DNA from: a virus
Taxonomy: Duplodnaviria; Caudoviricetes
Strand: one strand, 5' to 3'
Virus record (IMG/VR): IMGVR_UViG_3300030106_001398
Location: 1 to 29,199 of that record
Length of the DNA: 29,199 bases
Shown here: positions 28,275-29,199 of the stretch, piece after piece
Layout of the letters: each line of letters opens with the position of its first letter
How positions within the stretch are numbered: the first letter of the stretch is position 1
Notes under the pieces: generated by a model
Databases searched by the model: none
What the model was told of the DNA's origin: nothing
What the model saw: only the letters and a program-made list of their open reading frames with translations
Program-made: the position numbers and the translations under genes

Positions 28275-28304
28275 TCGACGAGGTAACATCATGCTACCTA
28301 TAAT
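28275..28304 (+). promoter_or_regulatory. Possible antisense sigma70-type promoter with a dyad in the spacer
   Basis: TCGACG (4/6 match to TTGACA), 18 bp, then a perfect TATAAT at 28299-28304. The spacer is the near-palindrome AGGTAaCATcATGcTACCT. Confidence 0.35.
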
Positions 28305-28348
28305 TCTTGGGAGACTGAACCAGAGTGCGAAAGGATGGGCTGTTAGGC

Positions 28349-28377
28349 AAATAAAGGGAGCCCAAAAAACACTCCCT
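28349..28377 (-). terminator. Possible conditional intrinsic terminator inside the structured element
   Basis: The minus strand reads AGGGAGU-GUUUUUUGG-GCUCCCU followed by UUAUUU. The U-tract is short and imperfect, and the hairpin competes with other helices. Confidence 0.3.
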
Positions 28378-28409
28378 ACTTCCTCGCGGACAGCAGAGTC
28401 TCCCATATG

Positions 28410-28562
28410 CTACTTGCGTATGTGTCTGTACACAGTAGCTCTCGATACCCCCACAATTTTGGATATCTTTCTTCCGTTTAAGCCAAAGCCATAAAGAGTA
28501 TTAATCAACAACTCTTTTGCTAGACCTACACGTCTCCTCTTATCTCTAGAAAGGAATATCAT
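28410..28562 (-). CDS. Small helix-turn-helix DNA-binding protein (not in the ORF track)
   Basis: MIFLSRDKRRRVGLAKELLINTLYGFGLNGRKISKIVGVSRATVYRHIRK. The G...ISKIVGVSRATVYR segment is a classic resolvase/Hin-type HTH. An alternative in-frame ATG lies at 28580. Confidence 0.75.
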   Translation of the reverse strand: MIFLSRDKRRRVGLAKELLINTLYGFGLNGRKISKIVGVSRATVYRHIRK

Positions 28563-29181
28563 CGTTCTTAACTTCTCCATTTTCCCATGTTTTGATAAAC
28601 TTTACTACAAATGGTGTCCTTTCTTTACCATCTTTGGTAGTATATGGTTTACCTTTATCAACAACTGCTATTGCAGGTTTTCCGTTGATTTCAGAAGTGT
28701 CAAGTGATGGTAAGATTTTAACTTCTACATCTTGTCCATCGATTTGTGCGACTTTCTTTTCTATATCCAAGCCTAGCGTCTCGCAGAATCTAAAATAAGA
28801 TTTATTGCCAGATGCATTAGACTTGAAGTCATCTCCCTCACTAGGCTCTAGGAATCTAAAGACTCCGTTAGCCTTGTAAGAACGACCGATATAATCCTCT
28901 CCAGATGCAACTTGCTCTGATGAGTCTTTATAGCTAGCATATGTATAGCTTTGCGACTTATTTGCTTCATCAACAACGAATGAGTAGTTATAAACTATTG
29001 CTTTAAACTTCTCTCCGTCTTTAGTCCAAGAAACTTCTTTCATTTGTGCATCAGCTAGGTGTCCATAAAACTCGCCTCGTACATTTGGAGCAACTGAGGT
29101 TTTGCTTGGAGTGCTAGTCGGTACAAAGAAACTTTCTTTGTTTGTTAACAAGTCGTCAAACATGTCATTTGAATTAGCCAT
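28546..29181 (-). CDS. Putative single-stranded DNA-binding protein
   Basis: 211 aa, beta-rich, with an acidic-aromatic C-terminal tail DDIPF. Lies upstream of the helicase. GAGGAG RBS is present. Confidence 0.6.
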   Translation of the reverse strand: MANSNDMFDDLLTNKESFFVPTSTPSKTSVAPNVRGEFYGHLADAQMKEVSWTKDGEKFKAIVYNYSFVVDEANKSQSYTYASYKDSSEQVASGEDYIGRSYKANGVFRFLEPSEGDDFKSNASGNKSYFRFCETLGLDIEKKVAQIDGQDVEVKILPSLDTSEINGKPAIAVVDKGKPYTTKDGKERTPFVVKFIKTWENGEVKNDDIPF

Positions 29182-29199
29182 TTTCTTTCTCCTCTATTA

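Larger units (their letters stand above)
28230..28409 (-). ncRNA. Candidate structured RNA / cis-regulatory leader
   Basis: Contains a 7-bp GGGAGUC-UUCG-GACUCCC hairpin (28248-28265), a dyad at 28281-28299, and a 9-bp closing stem 28308-28316/28397-28405 with nested stems 28323-28327/28370-28374 and 28336-28341/28359-28364. Confidence 0.6.

Noticed and set aside
28230-28409. tRNA, hammerhead or other known ribozyme in the structured gap
   Set aside because: There is no cloverleaf or T-loop GTTCRA, and no CUGANGA plus GAAA core in the required arrangement on either strand.
28291-28494. 67-aa + strand ORF across the structured region
   Set aside because: It runs opposite to the operon and overlaps the HTH gene and the RNA helices. 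GAGG lies upstream, so a peptide cannot be fully excluded, but the sequence has no protein-like features.
1-29199. Stop-codon reassignment, integrase or transposon
   Set aside because: Genes tile densely in the standard code with TAA, TAG and TGA all used as stops. No recombinase or transposase catalytic domain is present, and the resolvase-type HTH stands alone.

Overview
The window is a gene-dense, AT-rich segment of a tailed dsDNA bacteriophage genome, probably podovirus-like and resembling uncultured marine phages. Two gene blocks converge. The + strand (1-25049) is a late/virion module: two LamG (concanavalin-A-like) proteins, two highly basic proteins built from repeated hydrophobic-x-x-GG motifs, head-tail adaptor-like genes (one apparently split around an unrelated gene), a metallophosphoesterase among tiny membrane proteins, a 1287-aa tail nozzle-like protein with a dockerin/EF-hand-like insert, a 1052-aa tail fibre, and four putative internal (ejection) proteins. 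The - strand (25041-29181) is a replication module: an SSB-like protein, a small HTH missed by the ORF track, a nucleotide-modification-associated protein, a DnaB helicase, a RuvC-like resolvase and a PD-(D/E)XK-like protein. The most notable signals are (1) a 180-nt GC-rich intergenic element with a UUCG hairpin, mutually exclusive helices and a possible antisense promoter with a dyad operator, (2) the GG-delimited modular basic proteins, (3) apparent absence of GATC and CCGG, and (4) the split adaptor gene. All calls come from reading motifs by eye. No database search, folding or k-mer count was run.
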